Source: Camelus dromedarius (taxonomy: Eukaryota). Taken from it: DNA of 64,000 bases. Positions 1-13,100 of this stretch are shown here, piece after piece. The translations under genes and the position numbers were made by a program. The stretch lies in assembly GCF_036321535.1 (NCBI RefSeq), contig NC_087436.1, positions 50,656,001 through 50,720,000 of the forward strand. The letters are read 5' to 3'. The number at the start of each line of letters is the position of its first letter. Within the stretch, counting starts at the first letter, position 1. Below the pieces are notes generated by a model. It saw nothing but the letters and a program-made list of their open reading frames with translations, had not been told where the DNA came from and made no database searches.

Positions 1-749
1 ATGAGGAGGTGGAGCAGCCTGTCTCTGCACCTGTGTGATTAGGGAGTATTCCAGCATTTTGTAGTCGTGCGTCATGTATGTTAAGGAGAGTGCAATTATG
101 ATAAGTTCTAAGAGTTTTAAACTTCCTTATAAAGCTATTAAGTGTATCTCGTCAATATAATAAAAGTGCTCTTTATTTTTAGAAATCTCTTATTTATGTT
201 TCTGTGGTTCATAGGAGGACTGAGTTTTGAGTTTACCAGTGTCCCTGTCTGTGTGCTTCAGTACAGTCCATGCATGCTTCTTCCTCAAGGAAAATCTGTA
301 AAAGGAAGATAGAGCATTGGGGGGACTTAATTGGGACTCCATGATGTACTTAGTACTGTTTTAAGGTTTTCTGTGATATAGGCATTGCCACCATTTTACA
401 GTTGAAGAAAATCATCATGACTGGCTAAGTAACTTACCCCAAATGACCCAATTAGGAGGCAGTGACCCAAGAATTTACACTCAGGGTTTTCATCTCCATT
501 TTCCTCTGTCCACTCCACATCTTGTGCTTTAAGCTCAAATTGACATGGATGTGCATAAAATTCCCTACATGCACTTTCCTTCCCATCCCTCATCCTTTAA
601 TCATGTGTTTCCTCTGCCTGCAGTGATCTTTATTTTCCCTACAAAACTAAGTCATCTTTCAAGACTTGATTCAAGTATCAGCCAAGTAGGGCAGTACCTC
701 CTCTCCCCTGTTTAACGTTGTGCCTGCATTTCTCATATCATAATTAAAT

Positions 750-1162
750 TACCTTAAGCTAGCGGTAGCTGCTGTAAAAGACCATCTCCAAAGCCTCAGT
801 AACTTAACACAGTAGATGCTTATTTCTCATTCATGTAGAGTCCAATCAGGTGTTTAGCTGGTGCCCTTCTACTAGGGATTCAGGAACCCTAACTCTTTTT
901 ATATTATGGCTTTGCATCCCCTAAGACCTTGGAGTCCTTAGTTTCCAGGCAATGGACAGAAAAGAGAGAGTATGTGGAGGATTACATGGGAAGTTTCTTA
1001 TGGCAATGCAAGTAGCATGTATCATTTATGCCCACATCCCACTTGTCTGACTTGGTGTTGTGCCACACTGACCTGCGAGGGAGGCTGCGAAATGTTAACT
1101 CTCTGTGTGCTCAGGCAGCAGAGGAAACTGGAAAGTGGTAAACGCTTATCAATCTCTGTCCC
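750..1162 (-). mobile_element. Old MaLR LTR (MLT1K/L-like)
   Basis: Recognisable MLT1 segments (cttatttctcattcatg...gggaggctgcgaaatgt); subfamily from memory. Confidence 0.6.
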
Positions 1163-2009
1163 TTTCTTAAAGAACAGAGGCTGCATCTCAGTCATCTTTC
1201 TGTCTCTTGTGCTTTACACGCCATAGAAACCCAGTAAAAGTCTGATGAGCTTCACTGATTGTGAAATGATGGGGTTTCTATGTCTGTGCCTGAAACTGAA
1301 ACTTACCACACTTCATGATGGTTACCTAAAGAATGACCTGTCATTCTCTGACTAGGTTGCAACCTTTGCATATAAGAGCTATGTCAGGCTGCTCACATTT
1401 AAATCCCTAACACAAGGGCTGGGACATGGTAAGAGCTTAATAGATGTTTGTTGAATGAATGAATGAGTCCTCAGAAAAAAAAAGAGGGACAGTTAGTCTA
1501 CATGGAATTAAGAAATACAAATTGAGAAGGTGACATTTGAGTTAGATCTTGAATGACTAGTAGAACGTTTATCAAGTAGAGAAAGTAAAATATGGAACCC
1601 CAGGCAGTGATGGTAGCAGTGTTTTGTTGTTCTTACTGTTTTGTTTCATGAGTAGAAATTTAGAAAGCAAATCAAATGCTTGTAAGCCCAACTTTTTAAA
1701 ATACAATATTCAATAGTAAACCGAACTTCAGGGATAGGGCAGAAAAAAATATTTAACTTTACAATCTATGTAATCTCTAGTGACTAAGAGAAAGGCACCA
1801 AGAACATTGGCACTGATTTTTAGCTACTGAAATGTTACTTTCTGGACATTTTTGAGAAATATCAGTACAAAGGCAGTGTTCTAATCATTCATCCTCTATG
1901 AAGATTTGGCACCGTGTCCGGAAGCTAGGGAGACACGTATGAGCCAAAGGTTCCTTATCACTGCTCCTCATCAGAGCTTCTCAGTGCTGGCCCTGCATCA
2001 GAGTCACCT

Positions 2010-2530
2010 GTTGCATTGGTTAGGATGCTTTTGGCTGTAAGCATCAGAATATTCAGCCAAGACTACCTTCAACAATACAAATTTATTCTTCTTATACAAC
2101 AAGATATCTGAAGGTAAGTGGATCCAGGATTTGTTCAGTAGCCCATTGATATCAGGGTCTAAGTTGCTTTCTGTGAAGGATTCTTGACTTTTTCTTCATG
2201 GGTAGGTGATGGTTGCTGGAATTCCAAGAAACACAGTCCCTATCCACAGCTTCATCCACCCCCCCACCACCACCTCACACACACACATACACACACAATT
2301 TAAAGACAAAAAGAGGGGAGGATTCTGTTTCTTTATGTTAGGAAGGAAAATCTTGCCCAGTGGTCCCCTATAGCCTTGCCCACAAATTTCATTGGCAAGA
2401 AATGAATCGTGCTCAGCCCTAAACCAACAGCTGGCAATGAGGAATGATGTTCCAGTAATTGATTTACACTAGTTGTGATTTATTCCTGGGGTGGGGAAGG
2501 GACCCACCGGCATACCTGAGCAATGGCTCT
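2010..2530 (-). mobile_element. Old MaLR LTR (MLT1-type) flanked by MER5-like fragments
   Basis: ggttaggatgcttttggctgtaagc terminus; atcagagtcacctg before it and gagattctgat after it. Confidence 0.5.
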
Positions 2531-4751
2531 CAGGTAGGTAATAAGTCGTATTGCCACACGTGGGGAGATTCAATCTCTGGAGATTCTGATGCTAGCAAGC
2601 CTAGAAGTAATATTTTAAACTTCCAATTACATACATTTGCCCTTGAAAGGAGAGAGATTTAAAAAAAAAAAAAAAGAGGAGCAAGTATTGGATCCCTTCT
2701 AACCTAGAGATAATTTCCTTTTATTCATATCTCATTACATAGCGTTTTACTTCATGTAAACTTGATTCAGTCAAATCACTATATCACTTAACCAAATAGA
2801 ATAGTGATTGTTTTCCTGTGATAACTTGGTCTCACATGGTTTGCACACTTCATACTTTCAGATAAGGTAGTTCTCATTCAAGAAAACATTCTTAATCATT
2901 TCAGTAGATCATTGCCAAGGAAATTGTAAGCCCTACTCTTCGCTTGATCTGAATTCCTCACTAACAGCTAGCGTTCCTTTTGGGAAATGAGCATTAGATC
3001 AGAGTTGAATGGCAGAAACCAGAAATTGAAAAGTTTCAATATGTTCTACGTAGAAATACTATATGAGGTGAAGACTCTACACTTTTAACACATAAATGGT
3101 TAACGCCAAAGGTAAGAGATTTTTATTATAATCATTATAGAGTACTTAATGAACAATCATGGAGATACTTTTTCAAATGCATGAATACAGCATATACAGT
3201 ACTCCAAAAGTATATATAAATTCTCAATACGATCACCCCATTAAATGTTGGCTGGTCCACACCACAGACAGAAAATGACAAGAACAACCAGTCTTTATCC
3301 ATGTAACGATCTTTTAGCAGTAATTCAGTTTCAGTTGATAGTAATAAGTGTATTTTACTTGACCAAGAGCCTATGGACATTTGCAAGTTGATAGTTCTTT
3401 TATTTCCTCTGGATTATTACAGAAAGCACTTTTAACCATGTAGATTAGTAAGGTAACATGAAAAAGAGAAGGCTGTTTAACAAACCTCTTTCTGTATATG
3501 AAAGCATATTTGCAGAAGTGGTTTTCAAAGTGTGCTTCGCTTGCCAGGAGGAACAGCGGTGAGTAGACAGAGCTCCTGCGGCTCCACCTTCATCTGTCCC
3601 ATTTGTTGGATTTCAGGATAAAGTTTCATTTGATGAAAGATTTCTGGCTTCAAAAATATTTGAAAACTGCTGTAGAAGATTCTAGGCAGTTCCCCATCTT
3701 CTTTGAAAACCGCAAAAACAAAAAAAAACCTTAAATTGTGACAAGTGGGATTAAGTTACCAAAAATCAAATTACCAGATTTAGTCTATGAAAAATATTAT
3801 TACCAAGGAAAGCTGTATCATTTTCTTTGCTCTAAAGCTTTAAGAACTATATACATTCTTTTTTCATGTATTTCAAATTGCATTTTTAAATCTTCTTACT
3901 GTAAAAAGACAATAGAGAAAGAGAATAAAAATGAAATTTCAACAACTGCAATTCCATTTCCCTCCCCTAAGGCAGCTACTGTTAACAGATTTTTTCTGTT
4001 TATTTACATACATATTCACATATACAGAACTGTTCACATTCTTGCTCTGTTATTCTTGATCTGCTGTTTTCTCTCAAGTTTGGAAGAAAGACTAAGGAGA
4101 CTGTTCCTTTGAAGTCCACAGCTCTGGACTTCTGATCTGAAATTCTTCGATATTGAGGAGACCTTGTCCTGTTTAATAGGAAATGCAAAAAGAATCTTAG
4201 AGATTTATGATAACTAGAGAGAAGGAGTATGAGTGACTAATAACCAGCACGGTTGAATGCTTACCATGGACATGGCTGGAACATGCTTACCATGTACATG
4301 TACTCTTGTCTCCATTTTATCAATAGAGAATTAGATACAAAGAGGCTAAGAAATTTGGTATATGATGGAGCTGGACTTCAGACCCCGGTTTGTCCAACTC
4401 CAGAGCCAGCAGACTGCATCACTTAATGTATTAGAGGGTCGTTTTCTACAGAGGATCGTGGTTTGGCATACGATGTCCTAACTCTCCAGTCTCATCTCCA
4501 TGACTCCCAGCCTCCCACTGCATGCTCAACAGAGTTTTCCCTTACCCCTCACTGGCTTTTCATGCCTCTATGCCTTTAAGACAAGGGTTCTCTGAACCAA
4601 CATTTTCCTTTCAAAATGCCATTCTTTCTCATTATGAGTCTAAATATTGAAGCATTAAAAATTTTTAAACTATGTACATATAAACACATATATATCATTT
4701 TACATACATGTGTTTGTTATATATAATAATAATAAAAATCAAACTGAAGGC

Positions 4752-5523
4752 TTTTTTTTAACATTTTTTATTGATTTAAAATCATTTTACAATGTGTCAA
4801 ATTCCAGTGTTCAGCACAATTTTTCAGTCATTCATGGACATATACACACTCATTGTCACATTTTTTTCTCTGTGAGTTATCATAACATTTTGTGTATATT
4901 TCCCTGTGCTATACAGTGTAATCTTGTTTATCTATTCTACAATTTTGAAATCCCAGGCTATCCTTTCCCACCCTCCACCCCCCGGTAACCACAAGTCTGT
5001 ATTCTCTGTCTGTGAGTCTATTTCTGTCCTGTATTTATGCTTTGTTTTTGTTTTTGTTTTTGTTTTTTAGATTCCACATATGAGCGATCTCATATGGTAT
5101 TTTTCTTTCTCTTTCTGGCTTACTTCACTTAGAATGACATTCTCCAGGAGCATCCATGTTGCTGCAAATGGCATTATGTTGTCAGTTTTTATGGCTGAGT
5201 AGTATTCCATTGTATAAATATACCACATCTTCTTTATCCAGTCACCTGTTGATGGACATTTAGGCTGTTTCCATGTTTTGGCTATTGTAAATAGTGCTGC
5301 TATGAACATTGGGGTGCAGGTGTCATCCTGAAGTAGATTTCCTTCTGGATACAAGCCCAGGAGTGGGATTCCTGGGTCATATGGTAAGTCTATTCCTAGT
5401 CTTTTGAGGAATCTCCACACTGTTTTCCATAGTGGCTGCACCAAACTGCATTCCCACCAGCAGTGTAGGAGGGTTCCCCTTTCTCCACAGCCTCTCCAGC
5501 ATTTGTCATTTGTGGATTTTTGA
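4752..5523 (-). mobile_element. Young 5'-truncated LINE-1 (ORF2 C-terminus plus 3'UTR and tail)
   Basis: Uninterrupted ORF2 C-terminal peptide ([18 protein letters not shown]...YTMEYYSAIK...LSEVSQ) in ORF 5067..5639; poly-T at 4752. Confidence 0.95.
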
Positions 5524-6990
5524 GACACGACTCTGGCCAACATTGTGTTTTGCAAGGAAGAAAACTGGTGGTGGTGATGGTGGTAATGGTGGAAAGAATA
5601 TAATTTTCTTTGAAATTTTAAGTGCAAATTTCTTGGCATTTTGTTAAACAGAAATTTATTCCTTGAGGCAGGGGTCCTGGGGTCGTATCCAATTAAAGAT
5701 CTTGTCCTTATGGTCTAGCATGGTGCCTGGCATGTATTAGGTACTCAGATATGTGTTGAATTAGATTTCCCCTTCTCTCGTGTAGTTTTCTCTTTGGTTC
5801 TAACAAAGTTTGTAGTTTGTGCCTCTATTATAATAGTCATCATACTTGTTGCGTTAGGAATAAGTTTGGTTATTAGTAAAAAGAAAACTTGACCAATAGT
5901 TTTCAATTACTTCAAAGCTTGGCAGTCCAGGAATGACGCAGCAACTCATGTCGTCAGGGAACCAGCCCCTCCTATCTCACTTGTCTGCTGTCCTTGGTGT
6001 AGGGCTTTTTCTTCTCATGGTTGAAAGATGGCCGTCGGCCCTCCAAGTAGTATATCTATGTTCTCGGAAGGAAGAGGAAATGTTAGAGGGCAAAGAGTAA
6101 ATGGTATGACCCTTGAAAGGCCCTGCCTTATTGTTTAGGAATGAACCACCTCCACCCACCCAGGGCTCCCACTTATATCTCATGACATAGACTGTGGCCC
6201 GTGGCCCCCTCTAGCTGCAGAACCAGCTCGGAACTGGAATATTGGGCTTTTCGGCCTATAGCATGGGAAGCCAAGGGAGAGGAGATTGACGTGGGTGTTT
6301 ATGAAGCCAACCTATACATCTGCCCTACAGGTTTTTTAGTTAACTTCCTACAAGTTTACTTTTCCTGGTATACTGTAAGTCTGTGGAGAACAAAGGATGT
6401 GTTTTGGTAATCTTTGAATTACCCACAATGACTTCCAAGAGACTGCCAAAGCACTTAGCACAGTGTCCAAGTCCACGGTGTGGCTACTCAGTCAGTGTTG
6501 TATTTTTTTTTTAACTTTAATTTCCAGATAAGAACTAGGCAGGAATTAGTGTCTCTAGTTTCTCTGAAAATGACAGCATCCATAGATTCCTATTTGCTGA
6601 CTCATTTCCTCATATCAACATTGGAAAATTACCTGGAGCTTTCCTGCTTCAAGTTGGGCCATTAGAGAGGACAATTTAACAGGATTATTGCTGGGAATAT
6701 TTGAAGTAGAACTCAAAAACTGGGAAAGAAATCATAGAAAAGTATGGTGGTCAGCAAGGGCTTTTTCAAGAAAAGTAAAAAGATAGGTAAGAATTAGGAT
6801 AATATATTGTGATCAAAGAAAAGATTAGCAATTGAAAGTTAAGAATAGTGTAATGTAAAATATTTCTAGGCAGTCAGTTTTAAGGGAAAAAATAAGTACA
6901 ATTCATTCACTTAAATTGCTCAAATTGCTGCATCGTTCATTCATTTAAATCTCAAATTGCTGTTCTATGTTTACACTGTTTCTCCTTCAG

Positions 6991-7130
6991 AACAGATCGT
7001 GTGGCTCTTCCCTCTGTCATCTTATTCTTAATTATAAATCATGGGGAATGAAGATAAAATAATTGAACATGAAGATTCAGAACCATCCACAGGGGTGAAT
7101 CACACAGCCTCCATGTATCAAGAAACACAG
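6991..7130 (+). CDS. SLC9B2: SLC9B2 coding exon 1 (5'UTR from ~6991, ATG 7041): MGNEDKIIEHEDSEPSTGVNHTASMYQETQ
   Basis: Acceptor tctccttcag ending 6990, ATG in context atcATGG, donor CAG|gtatga at 7131; resembles the NHA2 N-terminus. Confidence 0.93.
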
Positions 7131-10100
7131 GTATGATCAAATGTAGACCATCCCAACAATTTCCTTACCGAGGGGACTGTGTATTTCCAAATCTATGATA
7201 GAATTGTGTTCCCTTCATTCTCTGTCACTCAAACAGTTCTCCCCATTCTTAGTCCCCAAAGTCATATAGTAGGGGTGATGACCGGTTTTCCCAGAGAGTC
7301 CGTAGCATCTGGCCCTACGTGGAGAGCCTCTGACATGCTTTGTGTTTCCATCCTAACCCCTAGAATGATTCTGGTTCCTTCCCTCTATCTCTTTATTGCT
7401 TAAATTCAAGTAGATGAATGAATGTGAATTCGTTTTCACCACAGGTAATTATCTTTTTCTAAACCACTTTGGTATATTTATTAACTATTGCCTTGGATCA
7501 TAAATAGGCTAATTTTAAACCCAGTATTGAAAACCATAGTGATATTTTATGTGACTCAGGCATTTATAATGCTACAAACAGTGACTCAGTGGTAAATACT
7601 CCTCACGTAGTTCTTGTTCCGAGCATTGGACAGCTAATCATAAGCTGTGTGTTCCCCCGGTAAAGCGTTAGCCTTCATTCTCGTAACAGAAATTTAATTT
7701 GTGATGTGATGGTTCGGTAACTATAAAAATGAACAGCAAATATATAGTTTTTAAAGATCTTTAATTGTTTTAAACACAGGAGGAAACGGTTAAGAACCCC
7801 AGAAGTATAGATGGAAATGAATCAACAAGAGGAAGTAACCTACTGAGTAGCAATGAATCAATGCTACAAGGAACACCAACTGAGCCAAATAATTTGCCAA
7901 GACTAAGGCAAATATTTGCTTGCCCTCCACATGGTCTACTGGATAGAGTAATAACAAACGGTATGTCAATGGTAAGGATGAATTCAGAACAAGAGGGTAA
8001 AAGATAAAGTTGTTATGAGCGATTCCAAAATAATATGATTTAAAGGACAAAAAGAAGTTTATTTCTCTCTCACATAAAAACTACAAGATGACGATTCATA
8101 ACGGTTGGTGGCTTTGCTCCATAGTCATTCAGGGTCCCAGGTTGACAGGGCTTCCAAGAGCGCTGTTGTCACCACCATTCCAGCTAGCAGAAGGGAGGAA
8201 AGGGCAGAGAGAGATGAAGAGCATTTTCCTTTTCTGTATCTGAGTAATTTCACAGGATTATACTAGGGCTCCAGTGAGAAAAATGACAGAGAAATCACTT
8301 GTAAATGGAGAAGCACTACAGAAATGTTGGTTATTACTGTCAAGGAATGCCACTAATGTTTGAGCAAACACAGCTCAATTTATAGTTCCAAATGAATCCA
8401 TCATTTTATAAGCAAGTATCCTGGTTTCCAATTGAACTTACTGCACTAGAGCTGCTGTTACTTAAAATTTGAAGGGTAGGAAAAGGGACTTTATCTCAGC
8501 ACTATTTTGAACGTTGTTACGGTTGGGATATATTTGTCTTTTATGAATGGATTTGGTTTTTGGAGGCAGCCCAACATTATTCTAATGTCAATGCAATGTG
8601 TTGAATAAATGGATATTCAGAATCCTAATGCTGTTTTTGTTCAAAAAGGAAGTGTGTGTGTGTGTCCGCACGTATATTGTATGTGTATTGGAGGATGTGT
8701 AATATAGCAAGAAAAAGGAGAAGAGGGTTGATACTTGTCTGTAAAGGCAAATTTAAAGACAGTTTCAAAAATTGTGTTGAGGAACGTCAGAATCATTAGA
8801 GTAAATACATGGCTTCCCCAAGTAAATATGTTTAAGAATGTAACATGTTTGATCTAGAAGTTGTGTTTACTGAAAAATGAGCCTCACGTCTTTATATCTA
8901 TGCTTCATTTGTGAGCTCTGAAAAACATTTTTACCATTCTCAACTGGGACAATGGAAGCCAAGTATAATATGTTATACTTCGGGATATAGATATGTTTTT
9001 AGTGAAATTAGGTAAGTTTCTAAACTAGCATGAGAAAAAAATCTCAAACTTTATTTAAAACATGTAGAGAAAACCAGGTTCCAAATATACAGTAGTTGAG
9101 AGGGCAACAGATCATTTAATACCTTTTCTTTTCTTTTTATTATTTTTTTAAACTTTCACCATTCAAATTATGGCACACTTCTGCTTAAAACATTTACAGT
9201 GCAACAGATGTGGATTGCATTAAGGAAAGTGTGTAGGTGAATGACATGATTTGGAGACTAATTTTTTAAAATTCTGTAATTATTGTCTATAAAGCTGCCT
9301 GAGAAATTGGGACTCATGATACATAAACACCTCTCACTTGTTTTCTTGTGCTTCTCCTCCTGAGGCTTACAAGACTGCTTTTTTCCCCTATACTCTTTCC
9401 TGCACTCAGTCAGTATACAGAGTATTCTTCTTAAGAAGTAAATCTTACATGTGAAAATATTACTTTCTAAAATCATAGATGATAAGTAAATTGTCAACTA
9501 AATTAAGCATGATTTAAAGAAACCTTATAAATGTATTTTTACTATGTATTTAGAACTGCATTTTGAGTATGAGAAAGGAAAAAAAGTTAGAGATTTTTTA
9601 AAAATTCATATTAATTGGTATAGCCACTATAGAAAACAGTATGGAGGTTTCTCAAAAGAATAAAAGTTTACAATATGATTCAGCAACCCCACCCCTGGGC
9701 ATATGTGCAGGAAAAAAAAGCTCTAATTTGTAAAGATATATGCACCCAAATATTCATAGCAGCGTTATTTATAATATCCAAGACATGGAAGCAACCTAAG
9801 TGTCCATCAACAGATGAATGCATAAAGAAGACGTGGTATATGTATATATACAATGGAATATTACTCGGCCATGGAAAAGAATGAAATAATGCCATTTGCA
9901 GCAATAGGAATGGACCTAGAGATTATCATACTAAATGAAGTAAATCAGAGAAAAACAAGTATTATATGATATCACTTATATGTGGAATCTAAAAAATAGT
10001 ACAAATGAACTTATTTATAAAACAGAAACACATTTACAGACATAAGCAACAAACTTATGGTTACCAAAGGGGAGGGACAGGTGAGGGATAAATTGGGAAT

Positions 10101-13100
10101 AGGGGATAAATAGATACACATCACTATAGATAAACAACGAAGTCCTACTGTATGGCACAGGGAACTATATTCAATATCTTGTAATAAACTATAATGGAAA
10201 AGAATCCAAAAAAAGAATATAGATACATACATATATATGTATGATAGAATCACTTTGCTGTACACCTGAAACTAATACAATATTGTAAATCAACTATACT
10301 TCAGTTTTTTAAAAAGGTAGTATTGAAGTGGAAAATTCTTAATTCTGCCTTTCTGAAATTAGTATAAAATTGGGTTTATGCTGTGATAAAATATAATTTA
10401 GTAGCTGGCAATTCCTGCTTTCCCATTATACTTCCAAAACTGTTAGAGATTTCAGCCCCAATAGCCAACTGGAAAATACTAAAGGCTCCTTAGTTATTTC
10501 ATTGTAATAACATCATAAGCCTGGAAAATCTGGAGGGTTTTAAAAGTGGGACAGTGGGCTTGATCTGCAGCAATATGGTAGATGAGACTAAATGAACGAT
10601 CTCTCTTATGCCAATGAAAACATCTGAAAGCAATATTTTAAGTCTTTAAATATACCTTTTATCTGTCAAGAAAACAGTCATCAGACACCAGAGTACAAGT
10701 AGGAGAGAAAAGTAAACACTCAAGCTGGCTTTCACTCCAGAGGCTTCTGCAAAACACCAGTGAACCTGAGATTTATGAGAACCATGAGGGTATAGGAGGC
10801 CATGTTAGAGCCTGCCCAGGTTGGGAGAAGCATCATAGGAGAAGCCATCTTCCCTCACCCACACAGAGTTGGAGCCCATCATGATTGTGGATTTGAGGTA
10901 AACCTGCCCTGAAGAGGGGCCAGAACTAACCTGTCTAAACTGTGGTGCTGGCTGGGGGAGGAGTGAGTCTCCACTAAAAATGTACTTCACACTGATTCGT
11001 GCTCCAAGTTCACAGAAAAAAACTCAAGCTGAACATACATCTAAAAGTGGTTTCAGATTGTCAGCATCTAAGTACATGGTAGAAATAAATTCAGATCCTG
11101 TCTAGGAAAACTCACATTTAACTTAAGGTTCCAACAATTCCCAAAAGTAAAGTTCAAAGGAAGAGCTCACTGTCACAAGCAAACAAAAAACAAAAATCAC
11201 AAACAAACACACAAGGAAACAGATTTCAAAATTTTTCATTATCAGAAAATAGAATATTTTCAATATTTGTAAAGAAGTTAAAGAGGAAATAGCAAATAAG
11301 AGTACAAAACAAATAACTATTTACAAAAATGAGCATATTTTAATAGCCAAATTCTAAAAATGAAAAAGTACAATAATTAAAAATTAAAACTCAGTGGATA
11401 GACAGCAGAGTAAGTGAAAGGAAAATGGGTGAACTAGCAAATAGACCCAAAGAGATTATCTACCATGCAGTGCACAAAGACAAAGATGGAAAATATGAAA
11501 GTATAGTTAGCAGCGTGGAGAAGAGAATGTGACTTTTTAGTCATAGTTGCAGAAAAAGATACCAGGAAGAATGAGGAAGACAAAATATTTAAAGATGTAC
11601 AGAATTTTCCAGAATTGATTAAAAAAATATAAATCCTAAGCAAACCAAAAGGAAGCCATACCTAAACAAATACTGAAATTGCAGAAGACCAAAGAAAAAG
11701 AATTCCCTAAAAGAGCTGAAATTAGACTTAAAAACTAATGAAAGACAGAAAACCAAGGAGTCATATTTTCAAGGAACTGAAAGTAACTCTCAAGTTAGAA
11801 TTGTATACCAAGAAAAGCTGTCTTTTAAGAATGAGAAGATAGTTCCAGGTAAATAAAATTAAGAATTTTCTACCAACAGGTCCTCATGAGAAGGAGAGCA
11901 TGCTCTGCCAGAGTGTTTCCTAATCAGTTAGTTTACATGCAGTGGTAAATAGGGAACTCTGTTGGTGCAATATGGAATTTGCACTTTTGTACATAATTTT
12001 TTCTGGCACATTAGTACTTAACGTCATCAAACAATAGCAGATAAGTACAAAGTGAATTGAAAAACCACACACACAGAAAAAGATCAGATATATGTACTTA
12101 CTTACAATGGAAGATAAAGCCTTACTAACTTTAAAGATAAAGCTGAACACCCTACACCTGAAACTAACGTTGTAAATAAACTACACTTCAATAAAAAAAA
12201 GTTTTTAAAAAAAGCTGAGCAGCCTTGGAAGTGCTTTCATTTCAGGCAGCTAGTTGCTCTCTTAGGGACTTCAAAGACTTGAACTTTCCACAACATTAAG
12301 CTTTCCTCTAATGAAACCACGTGGGTGAAGAAGCTGCCAACACTTTTCCCTCTGTTAAAAAACAAACGAACAATAACAACAACAACCATTTGACTGATGG
12401 AGAAGCTACCTTCTGGATCAGATTTTGATGGAACTGCTCTCCATTTAAAGCAAATGATTTCAATATTCTACATTTTGAAATAGGAAGTGTGGTTCCAGAG
12501 TTCAGGTCTGCAAAGAAGTGGCTGACTGTGGGAGATACAAATATTAGTGGAGACTTGACAGCTATGGTACTTTTATTAGGATTGTTGTTTTTATTAGTGC
12601 TTTGGTCGCAAATTTTGAATCATGAGTGGTCTGCTCAACTGTTTTTCCCATGAGCTGTTGTATTTTCAATATACAATTTTGTGAAACACAAGGTGTTCAA
12701 ACAGGGAAACATACTTTACATTCTAACAGAAATGCCTCAGTCATACATATATACACATATATTTGTTTTCATATTCTTTTTCGTTATAGGTTACTACAAG
12801 ATATTGAATATAGTTCCCTGTGCTATACAGAAGAAACATGTTTTTTATCTATCTTATATATAGTATTTAATATTTGCTATGTATGTATATGTATGACTGA
12901 AACATTGTGCTATACACCAAAAAATTGACACATTGTAACTGAGACATAGTAACTTCAGTTAGAAAAAAGAAAACACAAAAAATTTTAAAATAACAGAAAT
13001 ACCTCTCCTAAAGGAGATACTTCAGGTAACAGAATAATTGCCCAGAGGAAAGAAAGGTTTGAGATGCCATCACGAATGATGATCAGGAAAAAAAAAAAAG

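Noticed and set aside
5067..5639. 190-aa ORF with a poly-His N-terminus
   Set aside because: The C-terminal ~150 aa are L1 ORF2; the His run comes from a flanking (GGT/GAT)n low-complexity stretch. A chance fusion, not a gene.
6903..6962. Imperfect ~27-bp duplication upstream of the first coding exon acceptor
   Set aside because: Local duplication with no evident effect on the acceptor
1..6990. SLC9B2 promoter or first exon
   Set aside because: No CpG island or convincing exon seen; probably upstream of the window
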